NCBI GenBank assembly: GCA_964397845.1
Contig: CAYNKW010000001.1
Location: 1 to 56,932, forward strand
Direction of reading: 5' to 3'
Length of the DNA stretch: 56,932 nt
From: an uncultured Anaerolineae bacterium
GTDB taxonomy: Bacteria > Chloroflexota > Anaerolineae > CAYNKW01
A program made the position numbers and the translations under genes. The notes beneath the pieces were generated by a model. It saw only the letters and a list, made by a program, of their open reading frames with translations, had not been told where the DNA came from and ran no database searches. How positions within the stretch are numbered: position 1 is the stretch's first letter; the number at the start of each line of letters is the position of its first letter. Of this stretch, positions 25,481 to 35,325 are shown piece after piece.

Positions 25481-26686
25481 ATGAAAGTCTTGTTCTTGTC
25501 GTCCTGGTTTCCGTATCCGCCAGACAATGGCTCCCGGATCAGAATCTTCAATTTGATCAAGCAACTGTCCGGGGAACACAACATCACTTTGTTATCCTTT
25601 TTTCGTGACAGCAAAGTGACTGAAGAGCGTTTGAAGGCCATGCAGCATTACTGCTCAACGGTGCAAGCTATTCCCCTTGCACCTTTTAGATCGAATAGTT
25701 ACCGTTCGATCTTGGGATTTTTATCATCACGTCCTCGCTTTCTTGTTGACACTTACAGTCGGCAGATGCAAAGGTTGGTTGAGCAGGCAGGGGAAGAGCA
25801 GGATTTCTCTGCGATCATCGCTTCACAGATCGCCACAGCGCCTTATGCGGCCAGGGTGAAAGATGTGCCACGAATTTTCGAGGAGGTAGAGCTGACAACA
25901 CTCTGGGAAAAATGCGCCCGCCAGGAACACGTCGGTCGCCGACTACGCTATGGCCTTATGTGGTGGAAGACCCGACGATTTACAGCTCATCTCTTGCGCC
26001 AGTTTGATGGTTGGACAGTGGTCTCGCGGAAGGAATGGGCAAATGTGCAGGACATAGCGCCTGACTGCCGCCGCGTGGCAGTGGTGCCCAATGGTGTGGA
26101 TCTAGATCGGTACAGGGGCGATTTTGGCGCACCGGAACCGGGCACATTGGTCTTTCCCGGTGCGCTCACCTACGACGCCAACTTTGACGCCATGGCTTTC
26201 TTTTTACACCAAATCTTCCCGCACATCAAAGCCCGCCGACCAGAGATCATCCTGCGCATCACCGGTAAGGCAAATGGCGTGCCGGTGGACGACCTGTCAT
26301 TGGATGAGAGCATCATCCTCACTGGTTACCTGGACGATGTGCGTCCTACAGTGGCCCAGAGCTGGGTTTGCGTAGTACCCCTGCGCCTTGGCGGCGGCAC
26401 GCGCTTAAAGATTCTGGAAGCAATGGCTCTAGGCACGCCGGTGGTCGCCACCAGCAAAGGGGCCGAGGGGCTGGACGCAACCCCTGGCAGAGACATACTC
26501 CTTGCCGATGGCCCCACCGAGTTTGCCGAGGCAGTACTACGCCTGTTGTCTGACGGAGCGTTGAGAGCGAGGCTGGCTGCTAACGGGCGGCGACTGGTGG
26601 AAGAACGTTACTCCTGGGAAACATGTGCCCGGCAATTGGGGAAATTGCTTGAACAGGTAGTAGGACAAAGGGCAGTTGCTAAATGA
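25481..26686 (+). CDS. GT4 glycosyltransferase
   Basis: MKVLFLSSWFPYPPDNGSRIRIFNLIKQL N-terminus. C-terminal VVPLRLGGGTRLKILEAMALGTPVVATSKGAEGL. Confidence 0.85.
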   Translation: MKVLFLSSWFPYPPDNGSRIRIFNLIKQLSGEHNITLLSFFRDSKVTEERLKAMQHYCSTVQAIPLAPFRSNSYRSILGFLSSRPRFLVDTYSRQMQRLVEQAGEEQDFSAIIASQIATAPYAARVKDVPRIFEEVELTTLWEKCARQEHVGRRLRYGLMWWKTRRFTAHLLRQFDGWTVVSRKEWANVQDIAPDCRRVAVVPNGVDLDRYRGDFGAPEPGTLVFPGALTYDANFDAMAFFLHQIFPHIKARRPEIILRITGKANGVPVDDLSLDESIILTGYLDDVRPTVAQSWVCVVPLRLGGGTRLKILEAMALGTPVVATSKGAEGLDATPGRDILLADGPTEFAEAVLRLLSDGALRARLAANGRRLVEERYSWETCARQLGKLLEQVVGQRAVAK

Positions 26687-28158
26687 TTAACACCATTATG
26701 CTTCTGGCGAAACGCAAAAAGTCCCGGACGATTCGGTTGGCTGCCATGGGCGCGACGCTGTGCATGTTACCTGTGGTGGGTTTGTTGGCGGTCGAGGTAT
26801 CCTCCAGGGTATCCCCCCTGCTCGTCCTTGCAGCTCTCATAGTCCCCTTTGGCATCCTGGCTGTGATAAAGCGCCTGGAACTGGGCCTGGTGGCCATGTT
26901 GTTGGCAGGGGTCTTTGTCCGCTTCCGCATTCCGACAGGTACAGCCAGCGAGATCGTGATCAGCCTGATGATATGTGTGGGATGCATCGCCCTCTGGATC
27001 ACCCACATGCTGGTCGAGAAGAAGCGCCTGGCCCTGAAACCTGCGGCGACCAATGTGCCACTCCTGGCTTTTATGGCGACGGTGGTTGTCTCTTGGGCGT
27101 GGAGTCGTGCGTTCTGTGACATGCTGGTACACGAGGCAGGTCACCCTTTGGTCTCAGTCGCCGCTGGTCTGGTGATGGTGCTCTTACCCGGCTGTTTTCT
27201 GTTGGTGGCCAACAATGTCCGTAGCGTCCTTTGGCTGCAGGTGCTGGTGTGGATCCTCCTGGGAGAAGGTCTGGTGATCTTGTTCTTTGATTTAGCACCC
27301 ACTTTCGGTGTGGGTGCAATACGAGCCCTGGACACTCTTCTGTTCACGAATGGATTCATCCACATCAACTCCCATGGCCTGCTCTCAATGTGGTGCTTGT
27401 CCTTTGCTTTGGCTATGGCATTATTCAATCGCCGCCTGAACTGGCTTTGGAAAAGCCTGCTTTTTGCTTACGTCGCTGCATGGGTGTACTGGGGATTCTT
27501 CGAACGACTAAGCTGGCTGTCGGGCTGGGTGCCCGTTTTTGCTGCGGTGGCGGTGCTCGCCTTTTTGCGCTCCAGGTGGCTCTTTGTTGCTCTGCTCGTG
27601 GTGATTGTGGTCGGGGCGGGGGGGTACTACTGGAGGACACAATTCCAAGAGGAGTCTCAAATAAGCGGTGTAACCCGGTTGTCTGCCTACGAGGTGAACT
27701 GGCGTGTTACCGGCAAGCATCTGCTCTTCGGCACTGGCCCGGCAGGCTATGCGTCCTATTACATGAGCTATTTCCCCACCGAGGGGATGGCTAGCCATAG
27801 CAATTACATTGATATCATCGCTCAGACCGGCATTGTTGGCTCTTTCTTTATTCTGTGGTTCTTTGCCGCGCAGGCCTGGGGCAGCTATAAATTGTGGCTC
27901 AAGCTCCGGGGCCGGGGAGACTTTGCCGAAAGTCTGTCGGCTGCGGTATTGGCCGGAACAGCCGGTTGTGTGATCGCCATGGCTCTGGGAGACTGGTTGG
28001 TACCCTTTGCCTATACTCAAGGAATCATCGGATTCGATTTGGCGATGTTTAACTGGTTCTTTATGGGTTCGCTCTGGGCTTTGAACCGCAACCTGGCCTC
28101 AGGAGCTGTCACAGAGGACCGTTTCCAGGTGGTCAAGGACAAGGAGATGAGTGTGTGA
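26683..28158 (+). CDS. Second Wzy/O-antigen-ligase-like polytopic membrane protein
   Basis: More than 10 TM helices. Wzy_C-like LLFGTGPAGY...SHSNYIDIIAQTGIVGSFF. ATGA overlap with the upstream GT4. Confidence 0.75.
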   Translation: MINTIMLLAKRKKSRTIRLAAMGATLCMLPVVGLLAVEVSSRVSPLLVLAALIVPFGILAVIKRLELGLVAMLLAGVFVRFRIPTGTASEIVISLMICVGCIALWITHMLVEKKRLALKPAATNVPLLAFMATVVVSWAWSRAFCDMLVHEAGHPLVSVAAGLVMVLLPGCFLLVANNVRSVLWLQVLVWILLGEGLVILFFDLAPTFGVGAIRALDTLLFTNGFIHINSHGLLSMWCLSFALAMALFNRRLNWLWKSLLFAYVAAWVYWGFFERLSWLSGWVPVFAAVAVLAFLRSRWLFVALLVVIVVGAGGYYWRTQFQEESQISGVTRLSAYEVNWRVTGKHLLFGTGPAGYASYYMSYFPTEGMASHSNYIDIIAQTGIVGSFFILWFFAAQAWGSYKLWLKLRGRGDFAESLSAAVLAGTAGCVIAMALGDWLVPFAYTQGIIGFDLAMFNWFFMGSLWALNRNLASGAVTEDRFQVVKDKEMSV

Positions 28159-29081
28159 ACGCCGAGCGGGTGGATGTTTCAGTGATCATTGTGAATTGGA
28201 ATACCCGAGGTCTGTTGGCCCAGTGTCTCCAGTCGCTTTATGACACGACGAACAATTTGGGTTTTGAGGTTATCGTAGTGGACAATGCCTCGGCGGATGG
28301 CAGCGTGGAGATGGTGTGCCAGGATTTTCCGCGAGTGCAACTCGTTGTCAATGCTAATAATGTGGGTTTTGTCCGAGCCAACAACCAGGCCCTTCCGCTG
28401 AGCAGAGGACGGTACGTGCTGTTGCTGAACAGCGACGCAGCCGTGCTACCGGGCGCCCTCTTGCGCATGGTACAGTTCATGGACGCTCAACCAGGGGTGG
28501 GTATTGTTGGCCCAAGAATCTTGAACCCCAACGGCAGCTTTCAATCGTCCTACATGGATTTTCCCAATTTGCTCAGCGAGTTGCTACTGATGACCAAGCT
28601 TTCCAAGGTTGTCTACGGTCGCCACTTTCCCAGTCACTCACCACAGCAAAGTCGGGAGACGAGGGCGGTAGATTGGATGCAGGGTGCCTGCATCATGATA
28701 CGTCGGGAAACACTGGAAGAGATCGGTGGGCTGGACGAGATTTTCTTTATGTATTCGGAGGAAGTGGATTGGTGCTGGCGTGCCAGGCAAGCCGGTTGGG
28801 CCGTGTACTATCTGTCTGAGGCCAAGGTGTTGCACTGGGGAAGCCAGAGCTCGTCCAAGGTGCCCGTCAAACGGCGCTCTCTAGTGTACAAGAGTAAGCT
28901 CTTGTTCTTGGATAAACACCATGGTCCGACAACGGCCCTTCTGCTCAAGTGGGCGCTGTTGATCACTTCTATCTTGAAAATGGGATTTTGGAGCCTGCTT
29001 TTCCTCTCTCCCAGAACTCGGGATCGTACACGGGCCAGGGAGAATATTCGCTCCTATGGTGTGCTGATCGGTGACTTATGA
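28155..29081 (+). CDS. GT2 glycosyltransferase
   Basis: VSVIIVNWNTRGLLAQCLQSL, VIVVDNASADGS, NVGFVRANN, LLLNSDA, YSEEVDWC. GTG start overlaps the upstream stop. Confidence 0.85.
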   Translation: MNAERVDVSVIIVNWNTRGLLAQCLQSLYDTTNNLGFEVIVVDNASADGSVEMVCQDFPRVQLVVNANNVGFVRANNQALPLSRGRYVLLLNSDAAVLPGALLRMVQFMDAQPGVGIVGPRILNPNGSFQSSYMDFPNLLSELLLMTKLSKVVYGRHFPSHSPQQSRETRAVDWMQGACIMIRRETLEEIGGLDEIFFMYSEEVDWCWRARQAGWAVYYLSEAKVLHWGSQSSSKVPVKRRSLVYKSKLLFLDKHHGPTTALLLKWALLITSILKMGFWSLLFLSPRTRDRTRARENIRSYGVLIGDL

Positions 29082-30298
29082 AGATTCTGTTCCTGGCATT
29101 CGAGCTCCCTTATCCACTAGACCGGGGCGGGCGGGTCAAGTCGTTCCATTTCCTCGAAGCTCTGGCCAGACATCACGAGGTTACATTGGCGGCTCTAAGT
29201 AGGTCGCCACTGGAGGGTCAATACTTGAACCGGTTCGCTGATTGGCTGGAATCCGTGCACCTGGTGCCAGTTGATCTCTCGCTGGCCCGCAAGGTGCGTC
29301 TGGCTAGTCGGGGACTTGGGCGGCGCAAGCCGTTCGTCGTGGCGTTGTACGACAATCGGGAGATGCACAATTTGGTTTCGGAGCTGCTGCAGGTCCAGGA
29401 GTACGATGTTATCTATGCTGACCATCTGCACATGAGTCAATATGTTCCCGAGTCAACGAGCTCCTTCACTGTGCTTGATCAACACAATGTTGAAACGACG
29501 ATTCTGCATCGTTTCTTCAAGAGCCGGCAGCCAGGGCCGCTGAAGGCTTTCGGTTGGTGGGAGTGGAGACGTATGGCTGCATACGAGTCGGCTGAATGTT
29601 GCCGTTTCAATATGGTTCTGGTTACGACTCTCGTTGATGCCAATCTGGTTCGCCCCTGGCTGCAGCCCGGGCAGCAATTGGAAGTGTTGCCCATTGGGGT
29701 AGACGTGAGTTATTTCAAGCCGGCGCCCCGTTCTCCGCGTCCGCACACGTTAGTGAGCCTTGGTACGCTGGCATGGCAACCTAATGCCGACGGCGTGCTC
29801 TGGTTCTGCCGCGAGGTGTTGCCGCTCGTGCGGGCCTATATCCCCGGCGTCACCTTCCAGATTATCGGCGATCGTCCGCCCCCGGCGATTCGTAAGCTGG
29901 GTGATGATGAGGCTGTTGAATTGCTGGGACGGGTAGACGATGTTCGTCCTTTCTTAGCCAACAGCGCTGGACTGGTTGTGCCACTACGCGTAGGTAGTGG
30001 AATGCGCGTAAAAGTGCTCGACGCGCTGGCAATGGGGGCACCGGTTGTGTCCACCTCGGTCGGGTGCGAGGGTATTGCTGTTACTCATCGGCGAGATGTT
30101 TTGATCGCCGATGAGCCTCTGGACTTTGCTCGGGCAATCGTGGCTTTGGTGAACGACGGGGAATTGCAGCAGCGCTTATCAAGGAATGGGCGGGCGTTGG
30201 TAATGGAACGCTACAGTTGGCCTGTCATCTATGACCAGATTGACGAGGCCTTTGTAGATATCCTGGAGCGACGAAGGAGGATTCAGAAGCCATGCTAG
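29078..30298 (+). CDS. GT4 glycosyltransferase (paralog of 25481..26686)
   Basis: MKILFLAFELPYPLDRGGRVKSFHFLEAL. VVPLRVGSGMRVKVLDALAMGAPVVSTSVGCEGI. ATGA overlap. Confidence 0.85.
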   Translation: MKILFLAFELPYPLDRGGRVKSFHFLEALARHHEVTLAALSRSPLEGQYLNRFADWLESVHLVPVDLSLARKVRLASRGLGRRKPFVVALYDNREMHNLVSELLQVQEYDVIYADHLHMSQYVPESTSSFTVLDQHNVETTILHRFFKSRQPGPLKAFGWWEWRRMAAYESAECCRFNMVLVTTLVDANLVRPWLQPGQQLEVLPIGVDVSYFKPAPRSPRPHTLVSLGTLAWQPNADGVLWFCREVLPLVRAYIPGVTFQIIGDRPPPAIRKLGDDEAVELLGRVDDVRPFLANSAGLVVPLRVGSGMRVKVLDALAMGAPVVSTSVGCEGIAVTHRRDVLIADEPLDFARAIVALVNDGELQQRLSRNGRALVMERYSWPVIYDQIDEAFVDILERRRRIQKPC

Positions 30299-31398
30299 AT
30301 CTGTACACCCTGTATCACTTTGCTGAACGACTGTACACAGGTTTTTCCCGGCACCTACCAGGCGGGTATGCCTTGCCACCGTTGCAGATGGTTATCGAGC
30401 TAACTTATCGCTGTAACCTGAAATGCGGTTTTTGCTTTCAGCGGAGGCAGATGGAGCAATTGCACCTCCGGCGGGGCGGCACGGCGCAGGAGCTCAGCCT
30501 GGAAGAAATCCAGCAGATTATCGCGCAGACCCCTCCCTGGTGCCTGATCATTTTTACGGGCGGTGAGCCGTTTGTGCGGTCTGACATCCTTGACATCCTG
30601 GCTTACGCTGCACGGAAACGACGGTGTCATTTCGTTACCAATGGCGCACTGATCACGCCGGAGGCCGCCCGCGCCCTGGTGGATCTCGGAGTGCTCTCCG
30701 TTGGCTTCTCGATCGATGGCGATCGGGCGACCCATGATCGTGTCCGGGGGGTGCCGGGGACGTTCGACCGGGCGATAGCGGCCATGCGCGAGGTGCGGCA
30801 GCACCGCCAAAATACACGCCGGCGGTGGCCGCTGATCGGTTTCAAGATAACGATCACCGCGTCGAATGTGCGCGACTTGACACACATAATCGAGATGGCC
30901 AGACAGGCTGGGGTCGACTATTGCACTTACCAGATCATCAACACCTCGCTTCTGACGAGTGGCCTGCAACTGAGCGACGAGATGACACCTTACTTTGCCT
31001 GTCCCGACCCGATCGAGGGATTCGATCTGGAGGCTCTGGAGGGACAACTACGGCGCCTGGACCAGATGCGTTCCGATGGTGCTCCGGCGATCCGCCTTTC
31101 ACCCAACATCCCACGTGGGGAGATCGTGGCTCATTACGCGAACGAGCTGGACGTACGTTCGTATACGTGTTATGCTCCATGGTCGGGCGTGAACGTCTCA
31201 GCGTATGGCGACGTGTTCCCTTGTTTCAATTACCGTATCGGCAGTTTGCGGGAAAGCACGCTGCAGGCGCTATGGAATGGGCCGCGCTACCGTGCCTTCC
31301 GCCAGGCACTCAGGCGACGGGGGCTCTTTGCCGGGTGCGTCGGCTGCTGCGATCTAGTATATCGCGGGAATGGAGAGTTGCACAGTGGAAAGCGCTAA
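30292..31398 (+). CDS. Radical SAM/SPASM-domain protein
   Basis: ELTYRCNLKCGFCFQ (CxxxCxxC). GGEPF. C-terminal Cys-rich SPASM-like CYAPWSGVNVSAYGDVFPCF...FAGCVGCCDL. Confidence 0.85.
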   Translation: MLDLYTLYHFAERLYTGFSRHLPGGYALPPLQMVIELTYRCNLKCGFCFQRRQMEQLHLRRGGTAQELSLEEIQQIIAQTPPWCLIIFTGGEPFVRSDILDILAYAARKRRCHFVTNGALITPEAARALVDLGVLSVGFSIDGDRATHDRVRGVPGTFDRAIAAMREVRQHRQNTRRRWPLIGFKITITASNVRDLTHIIEMARQAGVDYCTYQIINTSLLTSGLQLSDEMTPYFACPDPIEGFDLEALEGQLRRLDQMRSDGAPAIRLSPNIPRGEIVAHYANELDVRSYTCYAPWSGVNVSAYGDVFPCFNYRIGSLRESTLQALWNGPRYRAFRQALRRRGLFAGCVGCCDLVYRGNGELHSGKR

Positions 31399-32326
31399 CT
31401 TGGTTCATCCCCGGCGAGATGGGAGTTGTGTCGTGTGTGGCGGTATGTCTACGCGCACCCTGTTTCGCCCCCGGTTGAGCCCTGGCCCAGTCGTGCGTTG
31501 CAACGGTTGCGGCTTGGTCTACGTCTGTCCTGTGGAGCACCTGGAGTGGTTTTGCCACGGTGACACACCCAGCAGGGAACCCACTCTGGAAGAACAAGCC
31601 GAGGAGGAGGAACACCTGTCCCGCTATCTCAGTGAGGAGGGACGGAAACGACGGAACCTGGCAAGCGTGCTGGATGAAATAGAGGCATTTTGCCCGCGTG
31701 GGCGACTGCTCGACCTGGGTTGCTATTGTGGACTATTGCTAGATCTGGCTCGGGCACGGGGTTGGGATGCCATTGGCGTGGAGCCCGAGGAGACAAGCCG
31801 CCGCTACGCGGTGGAACACCTGGGGCTTGACGTCTTTGGTGGTACCCTGTGCCAGGCTGCTTTTCCCCCCGATGCCTTCGACGTCGTCGTCAGCTTGCAG
31901 GTATTTGAGCACTTGCTCAACCCGAGAGAAACCTTACGCCAGGTTACGCGCGTCCTTAGGCCCGGCGGCTTGCTGGTAGTCGAAGTCCCTGGCATTGACA
32001 ACCTCGGATTCCGCCTTCTGGGCCGCTGGCATCGGCATTTCGCCCGGCATCACTTGTTCTTCTTCAACACGCAGGCGCTCACTCGCCTGCTCTCCGAAGC
32101 TGGCTACCAGGTCAAGCGAGTTGTGCACCCCTCCCGCCAGTTGAGCCTCCGGCATCTGGCAGGGCAGGTGGGTGGAGTGGATACGCCGCTATCAGCTCGC
32201 TTGAGGCGCTGGGTCGAACGGCTGGGGTTGGGCACAGCGACTGTTTCCATAAACTTGAAAGATATCCTGCGCATTTACGCTATCAAGGTTGGCGACAGAC
32301 AAGAAGAGAAGAACAGGCAAAGTTAG
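31370..32326 (+). CDS. Class I SAM-dependent methyltransferase with an N-terminal 4-Cys zinc-ribbon
   Basis: CVVCGG...CNGCGLVYVCP. Motif I RLLDLGCYCGLLLDLA. VVSLQVFEHL, LRPGGLLVVEVP. Start is uncertain (ATG 31370 overlaps the upstream gene by 29 nt; TTG 31400 is an alternative). Confidence 0.8.
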   Translation: MESCTVESANLVHPRRDGSCVVCGGMSTRTLFRPRLSPGPVVRCNGCGLVYVCPVEHLEWFCHGDTPSREPTLEEQAEEEEHLSRYLSEEGRKRRNLASVLDEIEAFCPRGRLLDLGCYCGLLLDLARARGWDAIGVEPEETSRRYAVEHLGLDVFGGTLCQAAFPPDAFDVVVSLQVFEHLLNPRETLRQVTRVLRPGGLLVVEVPGIDNLGFRLLGRWHRHFARHHLFFFNTQALTRLLSEAGYQVKRVVHPSRQLSLRHLAGQVGGVDTPLSARLRRWVERLGLGTATVSINLKDILRIYAIKVGDRQEEKNRQS

Positions 32327-32434
32327 GGGAAGTGATGTATGACTATCGCAACACCTGCTACTCGCTGGATGACATGTACGTTCGGGTTGCGTTTAGGTAA
32401 AGCTGTGGTCTAGGCATTGAGCAGGGAGTGAACA

Positions 32435-33805
32435 ATGACGCAACATACGCGGTGGATTCTACTCCTGTCCGTGCTGGCGATATTGGCGCGACTAGTGTTC
32501 TTGCTAGCGTTCGGGGGACTCGACGAGAACATTCATGACTCGATGAGTGATCAACACATGTACCTGGACATAGCGCGAAACTTGGCTGAGGGCAGAGGGT
32601 TCTCTGTGAGCACTGCTACTTGGATCGCTGATGCCGGAAAAGAAACCTCCATTGTCCCGCCACTTTATCCTTTGCTTGTTGCATTGTGTTACAAAGTTTT
32701 CGGGGAGAGTTTGGTCCCGGTCAGGTTGCTACAAGTTTTGCTATCATTGATTGTGGTGATTGTGGTCTATCTTGTCGGATGCTATGTGTCTAATCAAAGA
32801 ACGGGTGCTATCGCTGGCATTGCCACGGCTATCTACCCAGCTCTGGTAATGTATGTCAGGCCAATCATGTCAGAAGCAATATTCTTTCCGCTAGTTGCCT
32901 TGCTGGGATGGACAACCTGCCAACTAGACCAAGACTCTCCACCTATAGGGCTCTATCTCGTCTGGGGACTGGTAGCGGGACTTGCGATACTGACGAGAAC
33001 CGAGATTGTGCTTCTTGTGGGGCTGTTGCTTTTTTATCTCATCTATCATCAATTGCAAAAGGCAAACACTGTTAGATTTGTGCCGTTTGTGATGCTCTTG
33101 TTGACTCTCTCGCTTAGTCTCTTCCCTTATGCCTTATACAACTATTCCGCACACGGCGATTTCTCGCCGCTTCCAAACGCAAAGTGGAAACTTTGGGATC
33201 ATACATGGTGGGCAGAAATGCGTAATCATTCTGAGTGGCAGAGTGTGAGCTTGCCGGAGAGACAAATTGTGCCTGACTGGGAGGGACTGACAGAATCAGA
33301 GCGCGACACCTATCTCTGGAGTATGGGAATCCAGTTCATTTACGAAAATCCGGGGATCTATTTCACCCAGCGGGTTAAACGGCTGTTCTGGTCGTATCCT
33401 TTGATTCCGCTGGAGGAGATTCCACCACCCTTTGGAAACAAGGTGAGCTCTGCTAGACCGGATGGATACCAATATGGGCCAACATCCTTAGATGATGTGG
33501 TCAGGTATATCACTCCTGCCGAAAAAGCAAGGGTTTGGTTTTTCCGGCTAGTTATAGTTCTCGCTGTTGGCGGAATTATTTGTGTACTATTCCAAAGGCA
33601 GCGAAATGCATATTGGCTGATCCTGATCTTATTTTGGAACGCTTTCCACTCGATGGTATTTGTGGGTTCAGAGAGACTGCGTTTGCAGATCGATGCATTT
33701 TTAATCGTCTTAGCGGCCTACTTTCTGGACTATCTAATAGTCTCATTACGAACAACAAAAAGGACCCATCACCTCAGCCGACCAGGATCAGTGAGGGGTG
33801 GATAA
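32435..33805 (+). CDS. GT-C fold glycosyltransferase (ArnT/PMT, GT39/GT83-like)
   Basis: Polytopic membrane protein. N-terminal loop DENIHDSMSDQHMYLDIARNLAEGRGFS is typical of polyprenyl-phosphate-sugar-dependent GT-C enzymes. AT-richer than its neighbours. Confidence 0.75.
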   Translation: MTQHTRWILLLSVLAILARLVFLLAFGGLDENIHDSMSDQHMYLDIARNLAEGRGFSVSTATWIADAGKETSIVPPLYPLLVALCYKVFGESLVPVRLLQVLLSLIVVIVVYLVGCYVSNQRTGAIAGIATAIYPALVMYVRPIMSEAIFFPLVALLGWTTCQLDQDSPPIGLYLVWGLVAGLAILTRTEIVLLVGLLLFYLIYHQLQKANTVRFVPFVMLLLTLSLSLFPYALYNYSAHGDFSPLPNAKWKLWDHTWWAEMRNHSEWQSVSLPERQIVPDWEGLTESERDTYLWSMGIQFIYENPGIYFTQRVKRLFWSYPLIPLEEIPPPFGNKVSSARPDGYQYGPTSLDDVVRYITPAEKARVWFFRLVIVLAVGGIICVLFQRQRNAYWLILILFWNAFHSMVFVGSERLRLQIDAFLIVLAAYFLDYLIVSLRTTKRTHHLSRPGSVRGG

Positions 33806-35325
33806 TGAACCAGAGGGGCAGTCTGTCGTGCTTGAGTAGTGAGCGGGCCATTGGGCTAATCTTGTCCTTGATGTTACTGCTTTGCTACGCTTACTTTTTC
33901 CCCCGCTGGGCCGACCCTAACCAGAACTCACGGCTGGACATGGTCGTCTCCGTGGTGGACGATGGCACCTTTCAGATTGACGATTACGTTGAAAATACCG
34001 TGGACTATGCCAAGGTCGGGGAGCATTATTACAGCGACAAGGCCCCCGGAGCTGCCTTTCTGGGCATTCCGATTTATGCGGTGTTGCAAAAGTTTATCGA
34101 TCTACCCATCATGGATGGCGTGATGGATAGATTGGCGAACAACGAAGCGTTCAAGGCCACACTGCGCGAGGAGGGAACCGGCCTGCTGGAGCACAAAGTT
34201 CGCTTTGCCATTGCCCAGGCAGCGCTGACGTTTGTGACCTCCGCGCTGCCCACAGCCTCGATAGGCGTGTTGCTATACCTCCTGCTGGGGCGATTCACGG
34301 CCCGGCCGTGGCCCCGCATTGGGGTAGTTTTGGGGTATGGATTGCTTACACCGGCCTTTGCCTACGCTGGAGCATTCTACGGGCACCAGCTCAGCGCGGC
34401 GTGCTTGTTCACCGCATTCTATCTAGTGTTCATGGGGACCAAGCCACTGTCTGCCTGCTTGTTGTTGGCTGTCGGGCTGTTACTGGGCTACAGCGTCATC
34501 ACCGAGTACCCTTCGGTACTCATAGTGAGCATCGTGTTCCTGTACACTTTTTATCGCTTGCGCAACCGGTGGCGTATCGGTTGGGTGATCCTCACTGGCG
34601 CGTTGATCGCCGCCGGCTGGATAGCCTATAACACCTATATCTTTGGCTCGCCTTTGGAGTTGGGTTATGGTCACTCGGAATTGTGGGCCGAGCAGCATCA
34701 CACTGGTTTCATGAGCCTGACGCTGCCGCACCGGGAAGCTATCTGGGGCATCACCTTTGGCGCGTTCCGGGGGCTGTTTGTGCTTTCTCCGTTGCTGTTG
34801 TTGGCCGTGCCGGGCTTTGTCCTCTGGTGGCGTTCGGGTGAACATCGGCCCGAGTTGTGGGTCGCGCAGGCCGGCGTGGGGGCCATGTTTCTGTTCAACT
34901 CATCATCCATCATGTGGTGGGGTGGGTTCGCGGTTGGTCCACGCTATCTGCTGCCGATGGTGCCCTTTATGGCCCTGCCAATGGTCTTTGTCTTCTGCGA
35001 GGGAAAAAACAGAGCATGGCTGAGAGGGTTAACTGTGGCCCTGGCTGCCTGGTCGCTGATCGCCACCTGGGGACTGACGTTGGCCGAGCAGTCTTTTCCA
35101 CCGGATACGCTGCGCAATCCCCTGGTAGAATACGCCTGGCCCAACTGGCAAGCGGGGAACATCGCCCGCAATCTGGGCATGTTTCTGCATTTGCCCGGCG
35201 TTGTCAGCCTGCTCCCTCTGCTGATGAGTGTTTCAGCATTGTTAGTCGTTCTCTGGTTTCTCTCTCGCAGGGAACCAGCACTAGTAGCTGAAAGCAAAAG
35301 TTCGCGATGGATTCATCTCAGCTAA
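33805..35325 (+). CDS. Polytopic membrane protein, GT-C-like (putative glycosyltransferase)
   Basis: Internal ATG 33805 overlaps the upstream TAA by 1 nt. First loop ADPNQNSRLDMVVSVVDDGTF...YYSDKAPGAAFLGIPIY resembles the DKPP-type loop of ArnT-like enzymes. More than 10 TM helices. Confidence 0.6.
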   Translation: MNQRGSLSCLSSERAIGLILSLMLLLCYAYFFPRWADPNQNSRLDMVVSVVDDGTFQIDDYVENTVDYAKVGEHYYSDKAPGAAFLGIPIYAVLQKFIDLPIMDGVMDRLANNEAFKATLREEGTGLLEHKVRFAIAQAALTFVTSALPTASIGVLLYLLLGRFTARPWPRIGVVLGYGLLTPAFAYAGAFYGHQLSAACLFTAFYLVFMGTKPLSACLLLAVGLLLGYSVITEYPSVLIVSIVFLYTFYRLRNRWRIGWVILTGALIAAGWIAYNTYIFGSPLELGYGHSELWAEQHHTGFMSLTLPHREAIWGITFGAFRGLFVLSPLLLLAVPGFVLWWRSGEHRPELWVAQAGVGAMFLFNSSSIMWWGGFAVGPRYLLPMVPFMALPMVFVFCEGKNRAWLRGLTVALAAWSLIATWGLTLAEQSFPPDTLRNPLVEYAWPNWQAGNIARNLGMFLHLPGVVSLLPLLMSVSALLVVLWFLSRREPALVAESKSSRWIHLS

